This document shows positions 28,366 to 36,740 of a stretch of DNA of 64,000 nt, piece by piece (position 1 is the first letter of the stretch; every line of letters starts with the position of its first letter). The notes below the pieces were generated by a model that ran no database searches, was not told where the DNA came from, and saw only the letters and a program-made list of their open reading frames with translations. Made by a program: the position numbers and the translations under genes. This stretch comes from an uncultured Rikenella sp. (GTDB lineage: Bacteria > Bacteroidota > Bacteroidia > Bacteroidales > VadinHA17), in assembly GCA_964455705.1 (NCBI GenBank), contig CAYVYM010000002.1, positions 67,193 to 131,192 of the forward strand. Direction: 5' to 3'.

Positions 28366-29336
28366 CACAGTCCGTAGCGCATTCGTGCTGAATCCATTAT
28401 TAAGCGCATCAGTGTGTCGAAGCTCATTCCGTTCATCCTGGAAAGCATAGGAAGGTCGGAATGGACCGGGTTCAATCCTGCCAGCGGATTTGCCTCGATG
28501 AAGCAGATCCTTCCGTTCCTGTCAGCCTTCATGTCGACGCGGCCGGCATCAACGGCGCCCAGTGCACGCCAGGCTCCCAGAGCCACCGCGTCACACTCCT
28601 GTCTCATATCTTCATCATACACCGTATATCTGACATAGTTCTCGTAGTTCTCCTTTACCTCCACGGAGTAGGGCAGGTTGTCCTTGCAGATAACCTCCAT
28701 ACCTCCTGTAACCTTCGCCTCCGCGCCACTGCCTGTGATACCGACGGTGAACTCCCTTCCGGGCAGGTACTCCTCAATCAGTACCGGCTGATTATATGTG
28801 GCAAGCAGCTCTGTTACCAGGGTCACCAGGGAGTCATGATCTCTCACGACACTCCTCGTGGTTATGCCCTTGCCTGTCCCTTCAGCCACAGGCTTGACGA
28901 ACAAAGGAAACGCCAGCGTCGAGGCCTGGTCAATATCATGTATAGAGGAGGCTGTGATGCCGGGACAGATCGGCACGCCGGCAGCCTCGACCACAAGCCG
29001 GGCCAGGTATTTGTTGAGAGAGACGCCCATCACCACAGGCCCGCTGAATACATACGGGATACGGTACTGGTCGAGCAGCGCCGGAACGACAGATTCACGT
29101 CCGTCGCCGTAAAGGCCTTCCGCGATATTGAACACCATGTCCCATCTTTTCCCGGCAGCAAGCTTCTCAACCAGCTCAAAAATATTGCCAACACGCTCTG
29201 TCTCATAGCCCAGACGGGCAATCATATCCTCAAGGGCAGCCACCGTCTCCTCCTTATCAAACTCAGCCGTCTCATCCATGGTATAACCCCGCTCGAGGTA
29301 CCACGAGCGGAGGTCATAGGTCAGTCCTATCCTCAT
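28365..29336 (-). CDS. ATP-grasp ligase (D-Ala-D-Ala-ligase-like family), copy 1
   Basis: FVKPVAEGTGKGI, LIEEYLPGREFTVG, GAVDAGRVDMKADRNGRICFIEANPLAGL. Confidence 0.75.
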   Translation of the reverse strand: MRIGLTYDLRSWYLERGYTMDETAEFDKEETVAALEDMIARLGYETERVGNIFELVEKLAAGKRWDMVFNIAEGLYGDGRESVVPALLDQYRIPYVFSGPVVMGVSLNKYLARLVVEAAGVPICPGITASSIHDIDQASTLAFPLFVKPVAEGTGKGITTRSVVRDHDSLVTLVTELLATYNQPVLIEEYLPGREFTVGITGSGAEAKVTGGMEVICKDNLPYSVEVKENYENYVRYTVYDEDMRQECDAVALGAWRALGAVDAGRVDMKADRNGRICFIEANPLAGLNPVHSDLPMLSRMNGMSFDTLMRLIMDSARMRYGL

Positions 29337-29344
29337 CCCTTCGG

Positions 29345-30589
29345 TTACTTTTTGTTGGGGTAAGTGTACTGATTCTTCTTATAGTTTCTGAGAACCCATT
29401 TTTCGGGTCCGCTTTCAACAACGTATGAGGGCAGGATTGGTATCTTGCCTCCTCCGCCGGGGGCATCGATAACGAACTGTGGCACGGCATAACCGCTTGT
29501 ATGGCCGCGGAGGTTCTCTATTATCTCTATCCCCTTTTCAATATTGGTCCTGAAGTGGTTTGAGCCGGGTATCAGGTCACACTGGTAGATATAATAGGGT
29601 CTCACGCGCACGGTGAGAAGCTTCTGCATGAGGCTTTTCATCGTTGCCGGGTCATCATTGACGCCCTTCAGCAGGACAGTCTGGCTTCCCAGGGGCATAC
29701 CTGCATCGGCTAGCATCTCGCATGCCCTGCGTGTCTCCGGTGTGAGCTCATCAGGGTGAGTAAAATGCAAGCTTACGAAGACCGGATGATATTTCTTCAT
29801 CATGGCCACCAGCTGCGGGGTGATTCTCTGCGGCAGGACCGCCGGAACCTTCGTTCCAATCCTGAGAATCTCAATATGTTTAATAGCCCTCAGGTTAGAG
29901 AGCAGGTATTCAAGCTTGCTGTCGTTCATCGTCAGAGGATCGCCTCCGCTGATAATGACATCCCGTATCTCTGAGTGTTGGGCGAGATATTTGAACGCCC
30001 TGTCCCATTCACCCTTGGTCAGATGACCGAGCTTGCCCACTGAGTGAGATCTTGTGCAGTACCTGCAATAGGAGGAGCAGAACTGGGTCACGGTGAAAAG
30101 AGCCCTGTCAGGGTAACGGTGAACGATTCCAGGCACGGGACTGTTTCCCATCTCATTCAGAGGGTCAGCCTTCTCGGCCTCGGTTATGATAAGCTCATCA
30201 CTAGTCGGGATCATCGTCCGGCGCAGGGGAGAGCCGGGTTCAGAGTCATATATTAGTGACAGATAGTAGGGAGTGATCCTTAGCGGCAGCCTGTTCTTCA
30301 GCCCGTTGAGAGTGTCTGTCTCGTCATCGGTAAGTGTCATGACACGAGACAACGACTCAGCAGTGGTAAAAGAATTGCGCAGCTGCCAGCGCCAGTCATT
30401 CCATGATTCAGTATTTGCAAGAGGGAAGTAGCGGCGTATGAATTCCGAACTCCGGTTGCTAACTAAACGATCGTGGGATCCGATCTGCGGGAAGATCGTG
30501 GTGCCCGCGCCAGGTTCTTCGTCAGAAGAACAACCCATGAGGCGGTCCTCAACATGAGTGACCGTTGCCTCTTTTCTGTTAGCGTTCAT
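29345..30589 (-). CDS. KamA-family radical-SAM amino-acid 2,3-aminomutase
   Basis: CSSYCRYCTR (C-x3-C-x2-C), ISGGDPL, and N-terminal WNDWRWQLRN, typical of lysine 2,3-aminomutase-like enzymes. Lysine versus glutamate specificity was not determined. Confidence 0.85.
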   Translation of the reverse strand: MNANRKEATVTHVEDRLMGCSSDEEPGAGTTIFPQIGSHDRLVSNRSSEFIRRYFPLANTESWNDWRWQLRNSFTTAESLSRVMTLTDDETDTLNGLKNRLPLRITPYYLSLIYDSEPGSPLRRTMIPTSDELIITEAEKADPLNEMGNSPVPGIVHRYPDRALFTVTQFCSSYCRYCTRSHSVGKLGHLTKGEWDRAFKYLAQHSEIRDVIISGGDPLTMNDSKLEYLLSNLRAIKHIEILRIGTKVPAVLPQRITPQLVAMMKKYHPVFVSLHFTHPDELTPETRRACEMLADAGMPLGSQTVLLKGVNDDPATMKSLMQKLLTVRVRPYYIYQCDLIPGSNHFRTNIEKGIEIIENLRGHTSGYAVPQFVIDAPGGGGKIPILPSYVVESGPEKWVLRNYKKNQYTYPNKK

Positions 30590-30843
30590 ACTTCGGTAAA
30601 ATGAATTACCTTTTTTTTCTGGTTGTTAATTATTCGTTTTAGTTATTAAAAAGTTTCATAAAATTGTCGCTAAGTTATTAAATGCACTGCCTGCGATAAA
30701 GCTGTAGGGCAAAAGATATTAACATGCAAAAGCCACCTGTTATTGTCTGTTTTTCAATTTTATACCCTTCTTCATTCTGAGTTATTCACAGCCCTGTTTC
30801 GGGTTAAAAAAATGATGCCCATAATTAAAGGCGCAAACTTAAA

Positions 30844-32055
30844 TCAAAATTTGATATAAGGGTATTTTTCTGACATTATTTTCAGGTTATTTTTAATCAT
30901 CTGATCGCGCTGGATTGCACACGTTTGAGAGCGTCCTGCATCCTCAGGTGTATTCATTACATAATCAATCAGTTTTTCCATAGTTGTTGTTGCCAAATGT
31001 ATCCTTGTATCTGAGCTTGCGTAATAAACAAAGACCATGCCATCATTGTTCGCAATCCAGCCGTTACTGAACACCACGTTTGAAACATCTCCGACTCTCT
31101 CATCATCAAGTGGTTCCAGGAAATGTCCCGAGGGTCTTTTAATCACTTTCCAGGGCTCTTCCAGAGAGGTAAGAAAGAGGTACAGGGTGTACCGCAATCC
31201 TGCAGCCGTTCTCCTGACACCATGTGCCAGGTGAATCCAACCGGATTCGGTCTTCAGCGGAGCAGGTCCCTGCCCGTTTTTTACCTCCTTTACTGTATGG
31301 TATTGCCGTGGATCCACGAGTATCTCATCGCCCAGAACGGCATGTTCCATGCTATCGCAAAAACCTGCCGAGATTCCGCTGTCGCCTGTCTCTATAAAAC
31401 CTGACTGCGGTCGGGTGTAGATCATGTATTTCCCGTTGACAAACTCAGGGTGCAGTACGCAGTTCCGCTGCTGTGCCGCCGATGACTTAAGATCGTCAAG
31501 CCTCTCCCAGGTATCGAGGTCCCTGGTCCTGGCAATCCCGCAGCTTGCCAGCGCCGCTGAGGAGTCATCGGGCTTGCTCTGATCCTTACGCTCTGCGCAG
31601 AACAGGCCGTAGATCCATCCATCCTCATGCCTGGTGAGCCGGATATCATAGACGTTCATCTCCGGGACAGTGGTGACAGGCATCACAACGGGATGATCGC
31701 GGAAGCGCCAGCGGTCAATGCCGTTGGGGCTCTCGGCAATTGCAAAGAACGACTTAACGTCGAAGCCTTCGGTACGGACTGCCAGGCAGTATTTCCCGTC
31801 ATGCTTTATTGCTCCCGCATTGAAGGTGGTGTTGATGCCCAGCCTTGTCATCAGGTGAGGGTTGGTCTTGTAGTTGAGATCATATCTCCAAAACACCGGG
31901 GTATGATCACGCGTCAGTACCGGATAGAGATACCTGTCAAATATTCCGTTCCCGCCATCCTTCTTCCTGTTTGGCCTGTTGATGAGCGCGGAATGGTCAT
32001 CAAACAGCCTCTTTACACCGGCATCAAATTCCTTTTCAGTCATAATCCCGAACAT
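30844..32055 (-). CDS. GH130 glycoside phosphorylase (mannosylglucose/mannoside phosphorylase-like)
   Basis: YPVLTRDHTPVFWRYDLNYKTNPHLMTRLGINTTFNAGAIKHDGKYCLAVRTEG...FFAIAESPNGID closely recalls the GH130 subfamily-1 enzymes of Bacteroides (from memory). Confidence 0.75.
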   Translation of the reverse strand: MFGIMTEKEFDAGVKRLFDDHSALINRPNRKKDGGNGIFDRYLYPVLTRDHTPVFWRYDLNYKTNPHLMTRLGINTTFNAGAIKHDGKYCLAVRTEGFDVKSFFAIAESPNGIDRWRFRDHPVVMPVTTVPEMNVYDIRLTRHEDGWIYGLFCAERKDQSKPDDSSAALASCGIARTRDLDTWERLDDLKSSAAQQRNCVLHPEFVNGKYMIYTRPQSGFIETGDSGISAGFCDSMEHAVLGDEILVDPRQYHTVKEVKNGQGPAPLKTESGWIHLAHGVRRTAAGLRYTLYLFLTSLEEPWKVIKRPSGHFLEPLDDERVGDVSNVVFSNGWIANNDGMVFVYYASSDTRIHLATTTMEKLIDYVMNTPEDAGRSQTCAIQRDQMIKNNLKIMSEKYPYIKF

Positions 32056-32065
32056 TTTATCGGAA

Positions 32066-32073
32066 CAAATATA
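32066..32073 (-). promoter_or_regulatory. candidate -7 box (TATATTTG on minus strand) for GH130
   Basis: Perfect TAnnTTTG 11 nt upstream of the start at 32055. Confidence 0.35.
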
Positions 32074-32169
32074 ACGGATAACGCAAACCCCCTGTGATCA
32101 TTGTATTATCACCTTGCCAATTGTTCAAACTTTTATAAATTGCCCCTGTAATCATATCATTATACCTAT

Positions 32170-33315
32170 ATGAATAAGCATCTGATTTATATGTTAAGCG
32201 TCCTTCTGCTTATCCCCGCATCATGCGGAAGCAACCGGTCAGATCATAATTTCATGGTTGTCGGATATGTTGCGGGGTTTCGAAGCTTTGACATTTCAAA
32301 GATCGACGCAACAAAGCTCACCCATATAAACTATGCCTTTGCGAATATCATCGACGGGGAGGTGATGTTTGGCAGCGAAAGAATTGACAACACGATCCGG
32401 AACAGCGACGACATAAAAAAACTCGTGGCTCTGAAGGAGATCAATCCCGAACTGAAGGTCCTGGTCTCCATCGGCGGCTGGGGATGGTCAGGTAACTTCT
32501 CTGATGCTGCCCTAACTGACTCTTCCCGAACCCGGTTTGCCGCCAGCGCTGCCGTGTTCATCAGGGAAAATGCCCTTGACGGCATTGACCTCGACTGGGA
32601 GTATCCAAACCAGGTGGGGGCAGGGAATACGTTCAGACCTGAAGATGTTCACAACTTCACCCTGTTGCTGGCATCTGTACGCAAACACATTGATTCTCTT
32701 GCATCTGATCTGGGCCGCAGTGAACCTTACCTCCTCACCATTGCCACCGGTGCCGATTCGGTCTATGTTGCCAACACTGAGCTGGGAGAGATTGAGAAGT
32801 ATTTAGATTTCATCAATATCATGACTTACGATTTCCATCACGGCGCGAGCTCACAAACCGGACATCACAGTAACCTCTATCTCTCAGGTTTTGATAACCG
32901 CGACGGAGATGCCACTGTAAAAAGCGTCAGGCTGCATCTTGAGGCGGGTGTCAGGCCGGAAAAACTAAATGTGGGTGTTCCCTTTTACGGCAGGAGATGG
33001 AAGGGTGCGGAGCCCGTCAATAACGGCCTCTACCGCGAGGCGGCTACAACCGGGGCAGGCATCCCGTACAGTGAGGTTTTGGCTGCGTTGGCTGATAGCT
33101 CCTTTGTTAGGATGTACGATTCCACGGCAGCGGCACCCTTTCTATGGAATGTCAGCGATTCGGTCTTCATCTCGTACGATGATGAGGTTTCGCTGGCAGC
33201 GAAGATGGAGTATGTGAAGTCTCAGGGCCTTGGCGGAGTGATGTTCTGGGAATACACTGAAGATGTTGACGGAATGCTGCTGAACGCCATAGTAAATGGT
33301 TTGAAGGGCAAATAG
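32170..33315 (+). CDS. GH18 glycosyl hydrolase lipoprotein (chitinase / endo-beta-N-acetylglucosaminidase-like)
   Basis: Lipobox PASC, catalytic LDGIDLDWEYP (DxxDxDxE), MTYDFHG-like INIMTYDFHHG. Confidence 0.85.
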   Translation: MNKHLIYMLSVLLLIPASCGSNRSDHNFMVVGYVAGFRSFDISKIDATKLTHINYAFANIIDGEVMFGSERIDNTIRNSDDIKKLVALKEINPELKVLVSIGGWGWSGNFSDAALTDSSRTRFAASAAVFIRENALDGIDLDWEYPNQVGAGNTFRPEDVHNFTLLLASVRKHIDSLASDLGRSEPYLLTIATGADSVYVANTELGEIEKYLDFINIMTYDFHHGASSQTGHHSNLYLSGFDNRDGDATVKSVRLHLEAGVRPEKLNVGVPFYGRRWKGAEPVNNGLYREAATTGAGIPYSEVLAALADSSFVRMYDSTAAAPFLWNVSDSVFISYDDEVSLAAKMEYVKSQGLGGVMFWEYTEDVDGMLLNAIVNGLKGK

Positions 33316-33361
33316 GCCCTGATCTCTAAGCTCCGGGGGTGCACATCGCCTGATCACCAGA

Positions 33362-34264
33362 TCAGATAAAGAAGAATGCCACACCTGCAACGCTCAGTAC
33401 CGCTCCGGCGATCTCCATAGCGGTGATCTTCTCCTTATAAATCCATGCTGAGGGTGCGAGGATAAGTATTGGCACGATAGCCATGATTGTTGAGGCTATG
33501 CCCGCCTGGGTAAATTTTACAGCCAACAGCGAGAAGGAGATTCCGAGGAAAGGGCCGAAGAAGGCGCCAAGCACAAGGGCCTTCATGACAGGAGGGTTCC
33601 TGATTGCTGCCCCGACGTTGCCCCACCGCCGCATAAGGGTTATAACAACGGCAAATCCCACTAAACCTGCAATTATCCTTATCTGGGTCGAGGCAAATGC
33701 ATCATACCCCTCCATACCGTACTTGCTGAGCACTATTCCCAGTCCTTGTCCAATTGCACCGATGAAGGCAAAGAGCAACCCTGCCGGTGCCAGTTTGATC
33801 GACAACCGCTCGCCCTTTACCGGCCTGTTGAAGATAGCCAGTGAGATTCCCAGGATGACTATAACCATACCGGCCATCTGCATGAGGTTAAGCGACTCAC
33901 CAAGGATGAAATAGCCAAAAATGGCTGCCATGGGAGGGGCAAGTGTCATGATCAGCATGGCAAACCTCGAACCGATGAGCGGATAGGAGCGAAAAAGGAA
34001 ATAATCGCCCAGAACCAGCCCGACAATACCTGAGAGGCCCAGCCACAACCAGTTGAATCCGGTTGCGTCCATGGGAAGGATTTGTCCGCGGGCTATCCAT
34101 GTATAGATGCTCAGGAAGACCATGGCCATACTGAGTCTCAATATGTTTACCGTGAGAGAGCCTACCTTGCGGCTGGCCGACTCAAACGCCAGCGCCGTAA
34201 TGGTCCAGAAAACAGCCACAGCCAGCGCGGCAAACTCACCTGTGTGAGCGTTAATGTACTCCAT
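33362..34264 (-). CDS. DMT-superfamily (EamA-like) transporter
   Basis: 300 aa, about ten TM helices in two repeated halves. Confidence 0.7.
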   Translation of the reverse strand: MEYINAHTGEFAALAVAVFWTITALAFESASRKVGSLTVNILRLSMAMVFLSIYTWIARGQILPMDATGFNWLWLGLSGIVGLVLGDYFLFRSYPLIGSRFAMLIMTLAPPMAAIFGYFILGESLNLMQMAGMVIVILGISLAIFNRPVKGERLSIKLAPAGLLFAFIGAIGQGLGIVLSKYGMEGYDAFASTQIRIIAGLVGFAVVITLMRRWGNVGAAIRNPPVMKALVLGAFFGPFLGISFSLLAVKFTQAGIASTIMAIVPILILAPSAWIYKEKITAMEIAGAVLSVAGVAFFFI

Positions 34265-34286
34265 GCCCGGTTAAAAGATCAGGGCA

Positions 34287-34294
34287 CAAAAATA
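34287..34294 (-). promoter_or_regulatory. candidate -7 box (TATTTTTG on minus strand) for the EamA gene
   Basis: Perfect TAnnTTTG 23 nt upstream of the start at 34264. Confidence 0.4.
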
Positions 34295-34457
34295 TACAAT
34301 CGCCTGAACCATGCACCCTTTTAGCCAATTCTCTGAAAAATTTTCTGTAATGACCACACCTGCGGCCACTTTACGGCGATACTTCCTGTAAATGGTTTTC
34401 AAAGTGAAATATGTTCCGTTGAAGCCCCGTTATAGGTTGGCCTGAGTGCTTTCTTTC

Positions 34458-34487
34458 AACAGACTTTTCAACGTTGAAAAGTCTGTT
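34458..34487. promoter_or_regulatory. perfect 30-bp palindrome (candidate operator)
   Basis: AACAGACTTTTCAACGTTGAAAAGTCTGTT. All 15 pairs were checked by hand. Its last base is the first base of the -7 box at 34487. Confidence 0.6.
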
Positions 34488-34494
34488 ATCTTTG
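34487..34494 (+). promoter_or_regulatory. candidate -7 box (TATCTTTG) for the VTC operon
   Basis: Perfect TAnnTTTG 16 nt upstream of the ATG at 34510. Confidence 0.45.
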
Positions 34495-34509
34495 TACGGG
34501 ATTGATATA

Positions 34510-35292
34510 ATGGAACTAACGGAAATAGCTGATATACTGCAAGGATTCGAACCGGTGGGACTTGAAAGCATGACTGAGGTCAGGTACATGGACCGTGTAG
34601 ATACCAAATATCTGTTTTCAGTCAGCAAGTTGCCGCTGCTCCTGCAGAATGTAAGCCCCCTCTACCAGGCCCTTGAGATAGAGAGGCAGCGCGAATTTCG
34701 CTACAAGACGGTCTATTTTGATACTCCCGAACATCTCTTTTACAACCAGCATGTGACCGGCAAGATGAACAGGTCAAAGGTCAGGATCAGGACTTACGAG
34801 ACGAACGGTCTCACCTTCCTCGAGGTAAAACAGAAGTCGAACAAAGGCCGTACTTCAAAATCGAGACTGGAGAAGGAGCCGGGCGACATGAACCATATTC
34901 AGGAATCGCGCGAATTTCTCACAGAGCTTGTGGCCGGGGATGCCAATTCACTCAAGGCTGTTATCAACACGGGTTTTTCACGGGTTACGCTTGTAAACCT
35001 GCACAAGGCAGAGAGGATCACCATCGATTACAACATCTCATGGAACAACCTTAAGGGCGATTGCGTGGAGATGCCTTACCTGGCAATAGCCGAGATAAAG
35101 AGTGAGAAGTCAACCTCACTCTCCCCCTTCTTTCAGCAGCTTAAGCATCTTGGCATACGGAGCACAGGCTTTAGCAAATATGCGACAGGCATGGCACTGG
35201 TAAACGGTGTGCCGAAACAGAATAGCTTAAAACCGAATTTTTTACTCTTAAACAAGATCAGGGATGAATATTACAGGAATGGTTCTGCCTGA
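34510..35292 (+). CDS. VTC-domain protein (polyphosphate-polymerase-like triphosphate tunnel fold)
   Basis: MDRVDTKYLF, FRYKTVYFDTP, KVRIRTYETNGLTFLEVKQK and AIAEIKSE strands, typical of bacterial VTC-domain proteins. The track start at 34474 is a TTG inside the palindrome. Confidence 0.7.
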   Translation: MELTEIADILQGFEPVGLESMTEVRYMDRVDTKYLFSVSKLPLLLQNVSPLYQALEIERQREFRYKTVYFDTPEHLFYNQHVTGKMNRSKVRIRTYETNGLTFLEVKQKSNKGRTSKSRLEKEPGDMNHIQESREFLTELVAGDANSLKAVINTGFSRVTLVNLHKAERITIDYNISWNNLKGDCVEMPYLAIAEIKSEKSTSLSPFFQQLKHLGIRSTGFSKYATGMALVNGVPKQNSLKPNFLLLNKIRDEYYRNGSA

Positions 35293-35968
35293 CGGCAGCA
35301 CCGCATCAACGGCATCGGAAATGTTCAGTTTCGATGGATTGCCGGAACTATTACTTCGATTTGGCATTAACCTGGTGGTCATTCTCCTACTGGTGCGATG
35401 GCTATATTATTCCTCCACCAGGCGAAAAGACTACCTCTTTACCTACATACTGATCTCCAGCGTCGTCTTCCTGCTGTGTTACCTGCTTGAGAGCGTCAGC
35501 CTTCAGATAGGGTTTGCGCTGGGACTATTTGCCATATTCGGGATAATCAGGTACCGTACCAACCCCATGCCAATCAAGGAGATGACCTATCTCTTCCTTG
35601 TCATAGGGATCTCCGTGATAAATGCTCTCGCAGTCGGCACAAGCCTGTTTGAAATACTCTTCGCTAATATTGCTATTGTACTCATCACATTCGGCCTCGA
35701 GAAGGTATGGCTGCTCAGGCACACATCATCAAAGGTCATCGTTTATGAAAAGATAAATCTCATTGTGCCGGAGAAATATGATGAGATGATAGCCGATCTG
35801 CAACAGCGTACCGGAATACATGAGATAAGCAAGGTTGAGATAGGTGCGATCAATTTCCTGAAGGATACATGCCGGATGATAATATACTATGAGGAGAAGG
35901 ACAGCACGGTCAATCTTGCCAACCAGAACGGATTCAATAAAACGGAAGACACTGATGATGATGACTAG
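35264..35968 (+). CDS. DUF4956 membrane protein
   Basis: LLLRFGINLVVILLLVRWLYY and three or four TM helices. It is the usual partner of bacterial VTC-domain genes (from memory). The start is uncertain: ATG at 35264, 35279 or 35321. Confidence 0.6.
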   Translation: MNITGMVLPDGSTASTASEMFSFDGLPELLLRFGINLVVILLLVRWLYYSSTRRKDYLFTYILISSVVFLLCYLLESVSLQIGFALGLFAIFGIIRYRTNPMPIKEMTYLFLVIGISVINALAVGTSLFEILFANIAIVLITFGLEKVWLLRHTSSKVIVYEKINLIVPEKYDEMIADLQQRTGIHEISKVEIGAINFLKDTCRMIIYYEEKDSTVNLANQNGFNKTEDTDDDD

Positions 35969-36632
35969 AAGAGCCGTATATATAATTCTAGGTCTTCTCA
36001 TGTCTGCTGCGCTTTACGGACAAAAGACTGATTTAGGTATCTGGTATGAGGTCAAGGCAGAAAAAAAGATCATAGACAACCTGCGTTTTGATCTGGAGGC
36101 CAGCATACGTACGGACCAGAATGCATCACATATTGACAAGTTCTACCTTGAGCCCGGCATGAGGTACAAATTCAACGATTACCTGGCTGCCGGTCTCTAT
36201 TACCGCCTTACAGAGCAGAAGGAGAAGGACGGAAATTATCATCCACGTCATCGCTGGTTTATACAGGTCAAAGGCACTGCCCCCTCGGTATATCGCTTCA
36301 CTTTTGCCACGAGGTACAGGATACAACAGCAGTTTAAAACCTATATTAAAGACCCTGATGATGAGGTGCCCGGATGGTATCAGAGGTTTAGGCTTGAACT
36401 GGATTACAATATAAAAGGGATCCCCCTCAAGCCCTATATAAATGTGGAAATGCACAGCCAGCTCTTCAATCACAATGAATACACAATTGACAAATGGCGG
36501 TCAAAGGTTGGCGCTGAATACACACTCAATAAGAGGCATACCATTGGTCTTGAGTACATCTATAATGAAAGCAGGGTCACAAAACCAGCCTACATGAACA
36601 TTCTGGGAGTAACCTACTCTATTAAGCTTTAA
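35955..36632 (+). CDS. DUF2490-like outer-membrane beta-barrel protein
   Basis: Signal peptide MMMTRRAVYIILGLLMSAALYGQ, alternating aromatic beta-strand pattern, C-terminal ...GVTYSIKL. The start overlaps the DUF4956 stop. Confidence 0.55.
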   Translation: MMMTRRAVYIILGLLMSAALYGQKTDLGIWYEVKAEKKIIDNLRFDLEASIRTDQNASHIDKFYLEPGMRYKFNDYLAAGLYYRLTEQKEKDGNYHPRHRWFIQVKGTAPSVYRFTFATRYRIQQQFKTYIKDPDDEVPGWYQRFRLELDYNIKGIPLKPYINVEMHSQLFNHNEYTIDKWRSKVGAEYTLNKRHTIGLEYIYNESRVTKPAYMNILGVTYSIKL

Positions 36633-36740
36633 GCATGGTAAGCCATTTCAAGGTGTTGATCATCTCGACTGATCCTTATCTTTTAAATATGCTGAACCTT
36701 AGTATTGCAGGTTGTTCTTTTCTAAATCTTATTGAAATTT

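Noticed and set aside
28461-29363. 300-aa plus-strand ORF
   Set aside because: It is entirely antisense to the ATP-grasp gene, which has strong family motifs. Its His/Arg/Leu-rich sequence has no recognisable domain.
30590-30843. Possible lysine (L-box) riboswitch in front of the aminomutase gene
   Set aside because: I read the minus strand of the spacer and could not find the conserved L-box core helices or motifs, so no riboswitch is called. It is kept only as a low-interest long-leader observation.
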